Below, in pieces: positions 18,186 to 28,423 of a DNA stretch of 50,768 nt; the first letter of the stretch is position 1; every line of letters starts with the position of its first letter. The notes below the pieces were generated by a model. The model was not told the DNA's origin. It saw only the letters and a program-made list of their open reading frames with translations, and did no database searches. The stretch is taken from positions 1 through 50,768 of the forward strand of contig JBDRWI010000008.1 in NCBI GenBank assembly GCA_039802265.1, in the 5' to 3' direction. The DNA comes from a candidate division WOR-3 bacterium (GTDB taxonomy: Bacteria > Hydrothermota > Tepidihabitantia > SM23-42 > JAOAFX01). A program made the position numbers and the translations under genes.

Positions 18186-21142
18186 GCGACATTCCGTCCG
18201 CAACATTTTTTATATTTCTTTCCACTGCCACAGGGACAAGGGTCATTTCTTCCAACCTTTTTGCCCACCGTGACTGGCTGTCTTATTGCACCTTTCTGTG
18301 CCGGCTGAGATTTCTCATCGGCGGCAGGTTTGTATTCCTGAGTCCGTAAGGGCTTACGCTCAACCGGCCTCGGTGCTGCCCGGAATACCAAACCCGAGAC
18401 ATCCCTCGCCATATCCCTCAATAACTCATCAAACATTCTAAACGACTCCTGTTTATATTCAACCAGTGGGTCTTTCTGGGCATAGGCCCTCAGGTTTATT
18501 CCCTCTCTCAAGGCATCCAGGGCATAAAGGTGGTCACGCCAGCGTGAATCAAGGGTTCCCAAAAGAATAAATTTTAACATTTCATTAAATACATCCGCAC
18601 CAAATTCCTGTTTGCGGAAATTCAAACGCTCCTTTGCCCTCTCCAGTAGCAAATCCAGCAGTTCCTCCTGTTTTATCTTTTCCATTTTTTCTTTTGTGAT
18701 ATAGAAATCTGCAAGGAAGAGTCCACTAAATTCGCCTTTAATCCCATCCCAGTCCCATTCTTCTGAAGGAGCCTTGGGGTCAGTATACTTCAGAATAATA
18801 TCCTCTATTGCGGTTTCAAAATTCTTTAAAAGCATCTCCTCTAAGTTTTCTGACTTCAGAATGTTATCCCGCATCTTATAGATTACTTCGCGCTGTTTAT
18901 TCATCACATCGTCATATTCAAGTAGATGCTTTCGGATTTCAAAATGATTCTCCTCCACCCGCTTCTGGGCATTGGCAATTGCCCGGGTTACAAGGGGATG
19001 GGTAAGGGGTTTCTGGTCACCACCCCCGAATCGGTCCATAATATCCGCCACCCGGTCTGAACCGAAGATTCGCATCAGATCATCTTCCAGGGACAAAAAG
19101 AATCTTGATGAACCAGGGTCTCCCTGGCGTCCGCTCCTGCCCCGCAATTGATTGTCAATCCGGCGTGCCTCATGGCGCTCGGTGCCGATGATATAAAGAC
19201 CACAGGGAACATCGGCAAAACATTCTTTTTTATATTCATGAACGCAATTACTACAATCTTCATCAATACATTTTATACAACATTTACTACACTTAACAAC
19301 ACCGTCTCCCAATTTAATATCGGTTCCACGACCCGCCATGTTTGTAGCAATGGTAACTGCGCCTAACTGACCGGCACGGGCAACGATTACTGCCTCGCGC
19401 TGGTGGTGCTTGGCATTTAAAACTTCATGTGGTATACCCTTCATCTGCAATAGTCGGGATAAAACCTCCGAGACTTCCACTGAAGTTGTACCCACAAGAA
19501 TTGGCCTCTTTAGTTTATGCCATTTAATTATCTCATCAATTATGGCATTATATTTTTCACGCTTTGAACGATAGACAATATCTTCATAATCAATCCTGCG
19601 CACCGGCTCCTTGGTTGGAATTTCCACAACATCAAGTTTATAGATCTCCCAGAATTCATTTGCCTCGGTGGCTGCGGTACCGGTCATCCCGGCGAGTTTC
19701 TCATACATGCGGAAATAGTTTTGAATCGTTATTGTTGCAAAGGTCTGGGTCTCTTCCTGAACCCGCACCCCCTCCTTTGCCTCAAGTGCCTGGTGTAAAC
19801 CATCAGAAAATCTGCGACCGGGCATTAACCTTCCAGTGAATTCATCAACAATTACTACCTTCCCATCCTGAACAACATATTCAACATCCCTTTCAAATAG
19901 TGAATATGCCTTTAATAAGGCACGGAGATTAGCCAAAATCTCACTCTTCTTCGCATACTCCTCGTATGCCTTTTCCTTGGCAAAAAGCTTCTCTTTGGGT
20001 GTGAGCGTCTCATCTTTATCTATCTTACCTATCTTTTCACTCAAGTCGGGCAGAACAAACATCTGGGGATTATTGGGTGCAATAAGCTGCCTGCCCTTTT
20101 CCGTTAAATCAACGATGTGTGACTTTTCATCAATCACAAAATACAACTCCTCATCTATCTTATGGAAACTCTTTTCCCTTAAGAAATTTAACTCGGTCTC
20201 TTCAATCAACCTTTTTATCCCTGGCTCCTGTTCCAGTTTCAATAACTGCTTATTCTTTGGAGCACCGCGCCTTGCCTGGAGGAGCTTTATACCCGCCTCC
20301 TTCTCTTTACCTTCCTCAAGAAGTTTTCTCGCCGCCTCAACGATGCGATTGACCAATATACTCTGGTGCTCATTCAACTTACGGACAATTGGATTCAACT
20401 CATCAAACCCCTTTGTCTCGCGCTCAACCGGGCCAGAGATTATTAGGGGTGTCCTCGCCTCATCAATCAATATGCTATCCACCTCATCAACAATTGCATA
20501 ATAATGCCCGCGCTGAACCTTATCCTCAAATCGCCATACCATGTTATCCCTTAAATAGTCAAATCCAAATTCGTTGTTTGTTCCATAGGTAATATCACAA
20601 TTGTATGCCTGTTTCCGCGCCTCATTATCCATTCCCTGTTGTAAGACACCCACTGTCAGACCCAATGATTCATAGACCGGACCCATCCATTCGCGATCCC
20701 TTCGTGCCAGATAGTCATTTACCGTAACAAGATGGACCCCCCGACCGGTGAGTGCATTGAGATATAACGGCATAGTAGCAACCAGAGTTTTACCTTCCCC
20801 GGTCTTCATCTCCGCAATCTTACCTTCGTGGAGGACAATCCCGCCGATTAACTGGACATCAAAGGGAATCATATTCCATTCCGTCTCTATATCCACGACC
20901 GACCACTTCTTACCCATAAGCTGCCGGCAGGCCTCCTTGACCAGGGCAAATGCCTCCGGCAGGATTTCATCAAGTGGTTCACCCTCCCTCACTCTCTTTT
21001 TTAAATCTTCAGATTGCTTACCAAGGTCAACACCTTTGATCTTTTCGTATATTTCGTTTATTCTATCAACAATCGGCCAGAGCCGCTTCAACTCCCTTTC
21101 GGTCTTTGTGCCGAAGACCTTGCTTAAGATTTTCTGGAACAT
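18182..21142 (-). CDS. secA: Preprotein translocase ATPase SecA
   Basis: EMKTGEGKT, DEVDSILIDEARTPLIISG, QLRGRSGRQGDPG and C-terminal GRNDPCPCGSGKKYKKCC. Promoter TTGACA-16-TATAAT-8-ATG. Confidence 0.99.
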   Translation of the reverse strand: MFQKILSKVFGTKTERELKRLWPIVDRINEIYEKIKGVDLGKQSEDLKKRVREGEPLDEILPEAFALVKEACRQLMGKKWSVVDIETEWNMIPFDVQLIGGIVLHEGKIAEMKTGEGKTLVATMPLYLNALTGRGVHLVTVNDYLARRDREWMGPVYESLGLTVGVLQQGMDNEARKQAYNCDITYGTNNEFGFDYLRDNMVWRFEDKVQRGHYYAIVDEVDSILIDEARTPLIISGPVERETKGFDELNPIVRKLNEHQSILVNRIVEAARKLLEEGKEKEAGIKLLQARRGAPKNKQLLKLEQEPGIKRLIEETELNFLREKSFHKIDEELYFVIDEKSHIVDLTEKGRQLIAPNNPQMFVLPDLSEKIGKIDKDETLTPKEKLFAKEKAYEEYAKKSEILANLRALLKAYSLFERDVEYVVQDGKVVIVDEFTGRLMPGRRFSDGLHQALEAKEGVRVQEETQTFATITIQNYFRMYEKLAGMTGTAATEANEFWEIYKLDVVEIPTKEPVRRIDYEDIVYRSKREKYNAIIDEIIKWHKLKRPILVGTTSVEVSEVLSRLLQMKGIPHEVLNAKHHQREAVIVARAGQLGAVTIATNMAGRGTDIKLGDGVVKCSKCCIKCIDEDCSNCVHEYKKECFADVPCGLYIIGTERHEARRIDNQLRGRSGRQGDPGSSRFFLSLEDDLMRIFGSDRVADIMDRFGGGDQKPLTHPLVTRAIANAQKRVEENHFEIRKHLLEYDDVMNKQREVIYKMRDNILKSENLEEMLLKNFETAIEDIILKYTDPKAPSEEWDWDGIKGEFSGLFLADFYITKEKMEKIKQEELLDLLLERAKERLNFRKQEFGADVFNEMLKFILLGTLDSRWRDHLYALDALREGINLRAYAQKDPLVEYKQESFRMFDELLRDMARDVSGLVFRAAPRPVERKPLRTQEYKPAADEKSQPAQKGAIRQPVTVGKKVGRNDPCPCGSGKKYKKCCGRNVA

Positions 21143-21239
21143 ACCTTTCTATTATAACAAATAAAAAAGAAATGTCAACATTACAACGCTTTGCCGAATT
21201 TGAAAGTTGACATGAAATAGGTTTTGATTAATATTGGAG

Positions 21240-21929
21240 ATGTTTCTATTGTTATTGCTCATCGCCCTTGCGCCCGGGCTTTTTCTACTCTGGTATTTTA
21301 GCCATCGCGATAAGTATGAACCCGAGCCCAGAAGATATTTGATAAAAATATATCTACTCGGTGCGGTAATGGTTGTACCAGCATTAATAATTGAAGTGCT
21401 TTTAGACCCCATCTTCACTACCCATAATGTGATTTTATCCGCCTTACTCGTTTCTTTTCTCTTAGTTGCACCGGTTGAAGAGATATTGAAATTCTTTGTG
21501 GTAAAAATGTGGATTTATAATGATATTGAATTTGATGAGGTTATGGATGGTATAGTATATGGTGTGTCCGCATCATTAGGTTTTGCGACAGTTGAAAATA
21601 TCGGCTATGTCTTTAAATATGGCATAGGGTCCGGCATCTTCCGGGCTTTTCTTTCAGTTCCTGGACACGCCTTTTTTGGTGCCCTTATGGGATATTATCT
21701 GGGCAGGGCAAAATTTGAAAAAAAATCAGAGATAAGATTGATATCTACCGGGATACTATTAGCCATTCTTGCCCATGGATTTTATGATTTTTTTCTTTTA
21801 ACCAAAACCGTTTTAGCATTCCTTGTCATTGTCATAATAATAACGCTCGGATTCATAACCAGAAATAATCTCAAAAAGGCAGAATTACAAAGCAAAGAAA
21901 GAAAGGATAAGAATTCCCTTATCAGTTGA
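21240..21929 (+). CDS. PrsW family intramembrane metalloprotease
   Basis: PVEEILK, GFATVEN, PGHAFF and HGFYD motifs; multi-TM. ATG 21240 follows TTGACA-16-TAATAT-5. Confidence 0.92.
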   Translation: MFLLLLLIALAPGLFLLWYFSHRDKYEPEPRRYLIKIYLLGAVMVVPALIIEVLLDPIFTTHNVILSALLVSFLLVAPVEEILKFFVVKMWIYNDIEFDEVMDGIVYGVSASLGFATVENIGYVFKYGIGSGIFRAFLSVPGHAFFGALMGYYLGRAKFEKKSEIRLISTGILLAILAHGFYDFFLLTKTVLAFLVIVIIITLGFITRNNLKKAELQSKERKDKNSLIS

Positions 21930-22129
21930 TCTAACCCAGATTATTCCATAACTAATTTTGACAAATTTCGCAAAAATACAGTCCTTAAAGTGAACTTGCC
22001 CTATAAATAAAAAAGGGAAAAAGAAGATTAAGATTAACTCAGCCTTGCCAAATTCTCTTAACCCGCAATGCCTTTCTCAGGATATTTAATGAAATTCGCT
22101 ATTATGCGGATGCTTGCTATAGAACAGGG

Positions 22130-22612
22130 TTATGATACCGTTTTTTGGATAAATTCTTTAAGAATCTCCAAACTTGCCCGGCAGGCCCTTTTTCTTATTA
22201 ACTCTCTTGTGCCTTTAAAGATATATCGTTTAATAACTCTGTGCAACTTGCTACAAACGGAAATATAGACCAGACCAACTGGTTTTTCCTTGGTACCCCC
22301 GGTTGGTCCGGCAATTCCAGTAATGCCAATACCGATATCCGTCCCCAGTTTTCTCCTGACACCGCACGCCATCTCCCCGGCCGTTTCTTCACTCACTGCA
22401 CCGAATTTTTTCAGCGTGTATTTCTTTACACCCACAACCTTCCCTTTTACCTCATTGGAATAGGCAATAATACCACCCTTAAAATATTTTGAACTCCCTG
22501 ATTGGCTTGTAATAATTGAACCCAACATCCCACCGGTGCAGGATTCACAAACGCCAAGGGTGAGCCTTTTCTTTATCAACCGCCGGGCAATTTCGCTTAA
22601 AAGTCTTTTCAT
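22130..22612 (-). CDS. CinA C-terminal domain protein (PncC-type NMN deamidase)
   Basis: ESCTGG, GSSKYF.GG..AYSN..K, GAVS and GITGIAGPTGGT..KPVGLV motifs. Confidence 0.93.
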   Translation of the reverse strand: MKRLLSEIARRLIKKRLTLGVCESCTGGMLGSIITSQSGSSKYFKGGIIAYSNEVKGKVVGVKKYTLKKFGAVSEETAGEMACGVRRKLGTDIGIGITGIAGPTGGTKEKPVGLVYISVCSKLHRVIKRYIFKGTRELIRKRACRASLEILKEFIQKTVS

Positions 22613-22619
22613 TAAACTT

Positions 22620-23081
22620 TTAGAAATTCAGCAGAAATTTGAGAATCAGCACGATTATAAGCGTATATAACCCGGCACCAATATCATCAGACATCACACC
22701 CCAGCCTCCGGGTAGTTTCTCTAATCTCCGCAAGGGGAATGGTTTTAGTATATCAAAGAATCGGAATGAAAAAAATGCCACAGACAGAGGTATAATTTTC
22801 TTGGTAGTAAAAAAAAGAGGCAAGAGAAAACTGGCATACTCATCAATCACTATCCTTTTCGGGTCTTTACCCCATCTTGGTGTTAAATCGTCGGAAATTA
22901 TCAAACCCCAGAGAAGGAGGGCAATCATAAGCAAAAAATAAAGCAATCTATAGGCGGGTAACAAAGTATACCACAATATTATACTTATTACACAGGAAAA
23001 TGACGCCGGGGCAAGCGGGAGATAACCCAGACCAAAGCCGGTTGCCAGAAGAACATATAATATATTTCTTATCTTTTCTAT
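22620..23081 (-). CDS. pgpA: Phosphatidylglycerophosphatase A (start codon non-canonical or uncertain)
   Basis: KDPKRIVIDE, FRFFDILKPFP and GGWGVMSDD motifs. The frame stays open upstream of the ORF-track start and encodes the conserved LATGFGLGYLPLAPA. Confidence 0.9.
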   Translation of the reverse strand: MEKIRNILYVLLATGFGLGYLPLAPASFSCVISIILWYTLLPAYRLLYFLLMIALLLWGLIISDDLTPRWGKDPKRIVIDEYASFLLPLFFTTKKIIPLSVAFFSFRFFDILKPFPLRRLEKLPGGWGVMSDDIGAGLYTLIIVLILKFLLNF

Positions 23082-23974
23082 TTTTTTCTCTTCGGAAATT
23101 TTATTTCCCAGTCAACAACCAGGGCACAGACAACAAAGGTGGTCGCGTAGGTTCCAAAGATAAAGCCTACAATAAGGGTGAATGCAAAATCGGCAATGAC
23201 CGGACCGCCGAGGAAGAAAAAACAGAAGAGGGTGAAGATTACCGCGGAACCGGTAAGGATTGTCCGGGAAAAACACTCATTGATGCTTGTATTCACCAAA
23301 TCAATAAAGGAAACCCCTTTTAATTTTTTTCTATTTTCGCGCACCCGGTCCGAGATAACTATCGTATCATTTATTGAATATCCAATTATGGTCAAAAGGG
23401 CACCAACAATAGGAATCGTAAATTCCCGATTGGTAAGAATCAAAGCGCCAATGGCAATCAAGACGGTGTGCAGAAGCGAAAATGCTGAACAGATTCCAAA
23501 CCGGTAGTCAAACCGGAACCAGATATATATTCCCATCAGTATGAGGGCTATAATCACGGCAATAATCGTATTGCGGGTAAGTTCTTTACTTATCTTAGGT
23601 TCAACGGTCTCCTTTGCCCTTATATCTATTGGATTTTGAGGAAAACTCTTGTTTAGCTGACCTATAACCTCATTGGCAAATTTCTCAGGGTCTTTCTTCT
23701 CCACCGAGCGAATCACAAACTCATTGGTCCCGGACAATTTCTGGATAGATGCCTGTGCCTGTCCAATTGCGGCAAGGGCACTCCGTATCTCGCTGATTTC
23801 AATATCATTTTCAAATTTTACCCAGACCAGTGCACCACCGGAGAAGTCAACCCCTAATTTGGGACCCTTGAAAAGGAGAAGTATTAGCGATATGATAATA
23901 AGAATACCCGAGAAGATATAGCCATATCTTCTTGCGCCCATAAAATTGAGATGCGGATTCTTAATGAGCTCCAT
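23078..23974 (-). CDS. secF: Protein translocase subunit SecF
   Basis: LGVDFSGG, LLTIIGYSINDTIVISDRVREN. Confidence 0.97.
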   Translation of the reverse strand: MELIKNPHLNFMGARRYGYIFSGILIIISLILLLFKGPKLGVDFSGGALVWVKFENDIEISEIRSALAAIGQAQASIQKLSGTNEFVIRSVEKKDPEKFANEVIGQLNKSFPQNPIDIRAKETVEPKISKELTRNTIIAVIIALILMGIYIWFRFDYRFGICSAFSLLHTVLIAIGALILTNREFTIPIVGALLTIIGYSINDTIVISDRVRENRKKLKGVSFIDLVNTSINECFSRTILTGSAVIFTLFCFFFLGGPVIADFAFTLIVGFIFGTYATTFVVCALVVDWEIKFPKRKK

Positions 23975-23976
23975 AG

Positions 23977-25491
23977 TTATATCCTCAACTTTGTTACCTC
24001 AAACTTCAAAGTGAAGTAATCCAGAATCGCCTTGGTGACAAATACCGCACAGACGAGGTTTGCCACCAGCCCTATAATCAGGGTTAGGGCAAAGCCGCGA
24101 ATCGGACCGGTACCGAAGATATAAAGAACAACACCGGTTATTATGGTTGTCACATTGGAATCAAATATCGCAAGCCAGGCCCGATTAAATCCCTGGTCAA
24201 TTGCGGTGCGCACGGTCTTACCCAGATGCAATTCTTCCCTTATCCGTTCAAAGATCAAAATATTTGCATCAACGGACATTGCAACCGTCAGTGCAATACC
24301 GGCAATACCGGGAACGGTAAGAGTCCCACCAAATGCCGAAATGACTCCAATAAGCAGAAGCACATTCAGTAAAAGGGCGAAGTTGGCAACCAGTCCGGTC
24401 AGGGAGTAATAGATGAGCATAAAAAGAATAACAAATGCTGCACCAATGAGGGAGGCCCTTATTCCCATAGTAATAGAATCCTTCCCAAGTGAGGGTCCAA
24501 CCGACCTTTCTTCAATTACCCTTAGCGGTGCCGGCAGGGCACCTGCCCTTAAGACAATTGCCAAATCCCTCGCCTCTTCAGCCCTGAAATTGCCACTTAT
24601 CATCGCCCTACCCTGCGGGATGCGTTCCCGGATATATGGCGCCGACTGGACAATATTGTCAAGGACAATCGCCAGCCTCTTTCCGATATTCTTACCGGTA
24701 ATTGTCGCAAATCTCCTTGCCGCCTCCCTTTTAAATTCCAGTTCCACAATCCAGCTACCTGTATACTGCAATTCCGTTCCCTGATATGGGGTATGCGTTG
24801 CATCCTTTATTGTCTCGCCGGTCATCTCCGGGTCTTTCTTCAAAAGGTAAATCCTTTTTACCTCTTTACCCTGATAGGTCTCTTTCGGACCAAAGAGGAA
24901 CTCAAGGTCATCGGGAATCATCTCTTCTGCCTCTTTTAAGTATGCAACAACTGAATCCTCATCGCGCACATCTATTCCCATATCATTCTCAACTGCCAGA
25001 ATATAAGAAGAGAATGGTTCACTTAAGGCAAGTGTATCACCCTTCTGTAAAAACTTATCTATTGCCTTTATAACATCCTGAGCCCGGTCATCGGCAACGA
25101 GTTTGAATTCAAGATGGGCAATTCGCTGGATTAAACTCAATGCCCGCTCCCGGTCAACCCCGGGTAACTGAACTAAAATCCTTGCTCCTGATTGCCTCTC
25201 AATCGTTGGTTCATAGACTCCAAATTCATCAATTCTATTTTTGATTATCTCCAGTGCCTGATCGCGCAACTTCTCTGGATTCTCTTTAATTCCAGTAGTA
25301 TCAACCTCCAGAACCAGATGCATACCACCCTTGAGGTCAAGTCCGAGATGGATTGCACGACGCAAGAGGCTATTTTCCTCTTCCTTTGATAACTCCTTTG
25401 CCGTATAGAGTTTTAGACTCGGATAAACTGTGTAAATGGCAATGAAGAGAAGAACAATGACAATACCAATTCTGATACCAATATTTCTCAT
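23977..25491 (-). CDS. secD: Protein translocase subunit SecD
   Basis: LGLDLKGG, LRAGALPAP, VGPSLG, VDANILIFERIREE. Confidence 0.97.
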   Translation of the reverse strand: MRNIGIRIGIVIVLLFIAIYTVYPSLKLYTAKELSKEEENSLLRRAIHLGLDLKGGMHLVLEVDTTGIKENPEKLRDQALEIIKNRIDEFGVYEPTIERQSGARILVQLPGVDRERALSLIQRIAHLEFKLVADDRAQDVIKAIDKFLQKGDTLALSEPFSSYILAVENDMGIDVRDEDSVVAYLKEAEEMIPDDLEFLFGPKETYQGKEVKRIYLLKKDPEMTGETIKDATHTPYQGTELQYTGSWIVELEFKREAARRFATITGKNIGKRLAIVLDNIVQSAPYIRERIPQGRAMISGNFRAEEARDLAIVLRAGALPAPLRVIEERSVGPSLGKDSITMGIRASLIGAAFVILFMLIYYSLTGLVANFALLLNVLLLIGVISAFGGTLTVPGIAGIALTVAMSVDANILIFERIREELHLGKTVRTAIDQGFNRAWLAIFDSNVTTIITGVVLYIFGTGPIRGFALTLIIGLVANLVCAVFVTKAILDYFTLKFEVTKLRI

Positions 25492-26201
25492 CCTGCTCCT
25501 TTTATTAGCCTTACCATTTCCTGAACTGCCTGATGCAGTCCCACAAATACTGCCCTGGCAATAATCGCAAATCCGATTGAATATCCGGTTATCTCCTTTA
25601 TTTCTAATAATGGATGAATATTTCGGTAGTCCAGGGCGTGTCCAGCGTGAACTGATAGCCCTTCATTCCTTGCCGCCTTTACCGCCCGGCTGATTTTATT
25701 CAGTTCTCTTTTACGATTATCCCCGGCCCTTGCATATTCATTGGTATTTATCTCAACATACTGGACACCGACCTTCACCGCCTCCTTAATTTGAGCGATA
25801 TCCGGGTCAATAAATATCCCGACCCTTATGCCACTCTTTTGTATCTTTTTGATATAATCAGCGATATCAAACTTTATATTCAAAAGATTTAATCCCCCCT
25901 GGGTTGTAACCTCACCCGGTGATTCGGGGACCAGGGTAACCCGGTGGGGCCTTATCTTTGTGGCAATAGTTAACATCTCTTCGGTTGGTGCCATCTCAAG
26001 ATTCAATTCGGTCTTTATAACTTCCTTCAATAGACCTAAATCCCGCTCTTTAATATGTCTCCGGTCCCCCCTGAGATGGATGGTAATCCCATCGGCACCC
26101 GCAAGTTCAACCTCAACTGCAGCAAAGACTGGGTCAGGAAAATTTTCTTTCCTTGCCTCACGGAGCGTTGCGATATGGTCAATATTAACTGAAAGTTCCA
26201 T
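25488..26201 (-). CDS. pdxJ: Pyridoxine 5'-phosphate synthase
   Basis: LSVNIDHIATLREAR, GADGITIHLR.DRRHI, HAGHAL. ATG 26201 follows TTGACA-16-TATAAT-5. Confidence 0.97.
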   Translation of the reverse strand: MELSVNIDHIATLREARKENFPDPVFAAVEVELAGADGITIHLRGDRRHIKERDLGLLKEVIKTELNLEMAPTEEMLTIATKIRPHRVTLVPESPGEVTTQGGLNLLNIKFDIADYIKKIQKSGIRVGIFIDPDIAQIKEAVKVGVQYVEINTNEYARAGDNRKRELNKISRAVKAARNEGLSVHAGHALDYRNIHPLLEIKEITGYSIGFAIIARAVFVGLHQAVQEMVRLIKGAG

Positions 26202-26262
26202 TGGCAATTATATTCAAAATTTGTCCAATGTCAATCATTAACTGCCCGCGATACTTCGTATT

Positions 26263-28182
26263 TTATAAGTTTATCCTCAAATTCGGTGGCCGGGTAAAGA
26301 CCAACAAAAGGCAAAATCCCTGAAAAATCCGTTCAAAACCAGATTCCGAAGATGAAATTGTCTCAATGGGATATGATAAAAGATTAAATGGAATATCGGC
26401 GATAAACTTTATAGGCAAGTAACTCTCCCCGGTGATAGAAAATTCCCTTATTCCGCTTAAAGTTTGTAGATTATAAAGACTATGTAATCCATCAATTGTT
26501 AAATTTGGTGGAAAGATACCAAAAGAGAATTCAATCCCCAAGAGGTCCGTGAATCCCTTATAAGCAAATTCAATTATCCGTTGCCCGGGTGTGAACCTTG
26601 CTACCTTCTCTTTATCCCCTTTCTGCCATCTTATTATAAAATTCTCTCTATCAATCTCATATCCTTCATACCGAATTATTGTGCCGATATTCTCCTGATG
26701 GTAGAATTCCTCTTGAGATGGCTCCTGGGTGAGATGGTGGTCTATTCCAAATTCCCTCTCATACCTATCATAGATTAAATATTGGTGCAGATTCTTCTCC
26801 TTGCTGCGGAGAATTTCATGGATTGACTTTATCCCTTCTTCTGATTCCGAAGCAGCAATTATTTTATTATGATATTTTTCCCTTCTCCGAGCAAGATAGT
26901 TCAATAAATTTGCCTTCCTCATCCGGTCGTCAATTTCTATAAATGAAGCAGTTTGGGGTTTGATAACTGAGAAAATCTCACTGGTTGATACAATTATCTC
27001 CTGGGTTCCATCAATATCAAAGTCCCTTACTTCAATACCGGTTTTGATATATGGTAATTCAGCCTCAATGAGATTTTTATATATTGCCTCTCGTAAATGG
27101 GGCAGGTATAAGCCACCAAATATCCCATGCCAGTAGGCACAGGAACACTGACCACGCCAGAGGTAGATTCTTGCCTGGAGGTCGTCCCGGGGTAGATTCC
27201 TTGAGACATATATCATCCTTTTATGCATGAGATTTGCCTCCGGATAGAATCTCAGAAAATTCTTGAAATAACCACCATGGATCAGTCGGTAGTATCGGTG
27301 GTCAATTGTGCTTTTAAGTTCATTGTAATCCTTTGAGGCGTTCAGGGGCAATGCCCATTCACCCATCTCCTCATAGGAGGCAGTCGGCAGATAGACCCTG
27401 CCGGCCGGTGGCTCTTTTGTAATGTCCTTAAGGTGAACGGTCTCTATCCAGTCTAATTCCTCGATTCTACTCAAAAAATCCTCAAGCCAGTGTTCTTTAT
27501 AAACCCAATCATAAGTCCCGGGCCAGACGCCAAACTTCTCACCATCATCACCCAGGGTCTTTAAGGCATTATCCCTTTTTACCTCCTCCTCCTTCAGATA
27601 TTCAATCGTCTCATCAATCTTATGGAAGGGAATTAAATAACGCAACTTCATCGATATGGGGAAAACCTTCAAAATTTTTCCACAATCTTCTGTAATATAA
27701 TATGAAAAGAGTTCTTCATCATCGAGCCCCGCATACTTGAAGTGTGTATCATCAACAAGGGTATATTCAATTCCGGAGTCACTCAATATGGAAATTAAAT
27801 TGGGCTCCCATACCCGCTCGGTCAACCATAATCCCTTTGCCTCGTAACCTAAAAGTTTGTAAATATAGTCCTTAAAGTATTTTATCTGGTCAATGACATC
27901 TTCAGGCGGAAGCAAGGAGAGAATTGGCTCACTGTATGCGGAGATTAATAGCTCAACCTGATTCTGATTTATTGCCTCCTTCAACAGGTCAAAATATTCC
28001 GGGTGTCTATTTAATAACCAATCGCAGAGCGGACCCGAATTGTGCAGTCCAAATTTCAATTTTTTGTGTTTCACAAGGGTCTTCAGCAAAGGGAGATATG
28101 CATGGGTGTAGGCAAACTCATAAACCTCTTCAAAATTTCCCACGGGCTGGTGGTTATGAAGGTATAGCGCCAATCTAATCAA
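26263..28182 (-). CDS. GH57 alpha-amylase / 4-alpha-glucanotransferase
   Basis: HNHQPVGNF, GLWLTERVWEP, GDDGEKFGVWP and YWHGIFGGLYLPHLR. Likely TTG start at 28182, 5 nt after AGGAGG. Confidence 0.92.
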   Translation of the reverse strand: MIRLALYLHNHQPVGNFEEVYEFAYTHAYLPLLKTLVKHKKLKFGLHNSGPLCDWLLNRHPEYFDLLKEAINQNQVELLISAYSEPILSLLPPEDVIDQIKYFKDYIYKLLGYEAKGLWLTERVWEPNLISILSDSGIEYTLVDDTHFKYAGLDDEELFSYYITEDCGKILKVFPISMKLRYLIPFHKIDETIEYLKEEEVKRDNALKTLGDDGEKFGVWPGTYDWVYKEHWLEDFLSRIEELDWIETVHLKDITKEPPAGRVYLPTASYEEMGEWALPLNASKDYNELKSTIDHRYYRLIHGGYFKNFLRFYPEANLMHKRMIYVSRNLPRDDLQARIYLWRGQCSCAYWHGIFGGLYLPHLREAIYKNLIEAELPYIKTGIEVRDFDIDGTQEIIVSTSEIFSVIKPQTASFIEIDDRMRKANLLNYLARRREKYHNKIIAASESEEGIKSIHEILRSKEKNLHQYLIYDRYEREFGIDHHLTQEPSQEEFYHQENIGTIIRYEGYEIDRENFIIRWQKGDKEKVARFTPGQRIIEFAYKGFTDLLGIEFSFGIFPPNLTIDGLHSLYNLQTLSGIREFSITGESYLPIKFIADIPFNLLSYPIETISSSESGFERIFQGFCLLLVFTRPPNLRINL

Positions 28183-28187
28183 AATAA

Positions 28188-28280
28188 CCTCCTCTGATAT
28201 ATCAAATAAAAGGATAATATGGCTCAAAAAGGCTTAGGAAGTGAACGATGGCATAAATGGCAAGTAAGGGCGATAAAAGG
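28188..28280 (+). repeat. ~90-bp dispersed repeat, copy A
   Basis: Aligns by eye with the reverse complement of 37461-37550 (CCTCCT...TATATCA.ATAA.AGG.TAATATGGCTCAAAAAGGCT...GAAGTGAA.GATGGCATAAA.GGCAAG). Confidence 0.85.
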
Positions 28281-28299
28281 CGAATTAAAGGATAGAATG

Positions 28300-28423
28300 A
28301 GACTTCGTTTTTCGATTGCAAAAAGCGTTCCGTATCTCGAAATTCGTCCGTGGTCAAACGAAACCGATATACCAAATCGTTTCGCTTTTCTAAACCGTCA
28401 GACGGAATCCAATTGTTAATCAT
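28300..28423 (-). pseudogene. Four-helix-bundle protein (23S rRNA IVP-like) N-terminal remnant
   Basis: Across frameshifts reads GFRLTV*K / KRNDLVYRFRLTTDEFRDTERFLQS, resembling the family pattern GFR.L.VW.KA..L...Y..T..FP..E.(F/Y)GL.SQ. Confidence 0.5.

Noticed and set aside
22995..23030. Suspected frameshift inside pgpA
   Set aside because: Re-reading shows CTC CCG CTT GCC CCG in one continuous frame; only the start codon is problematic.
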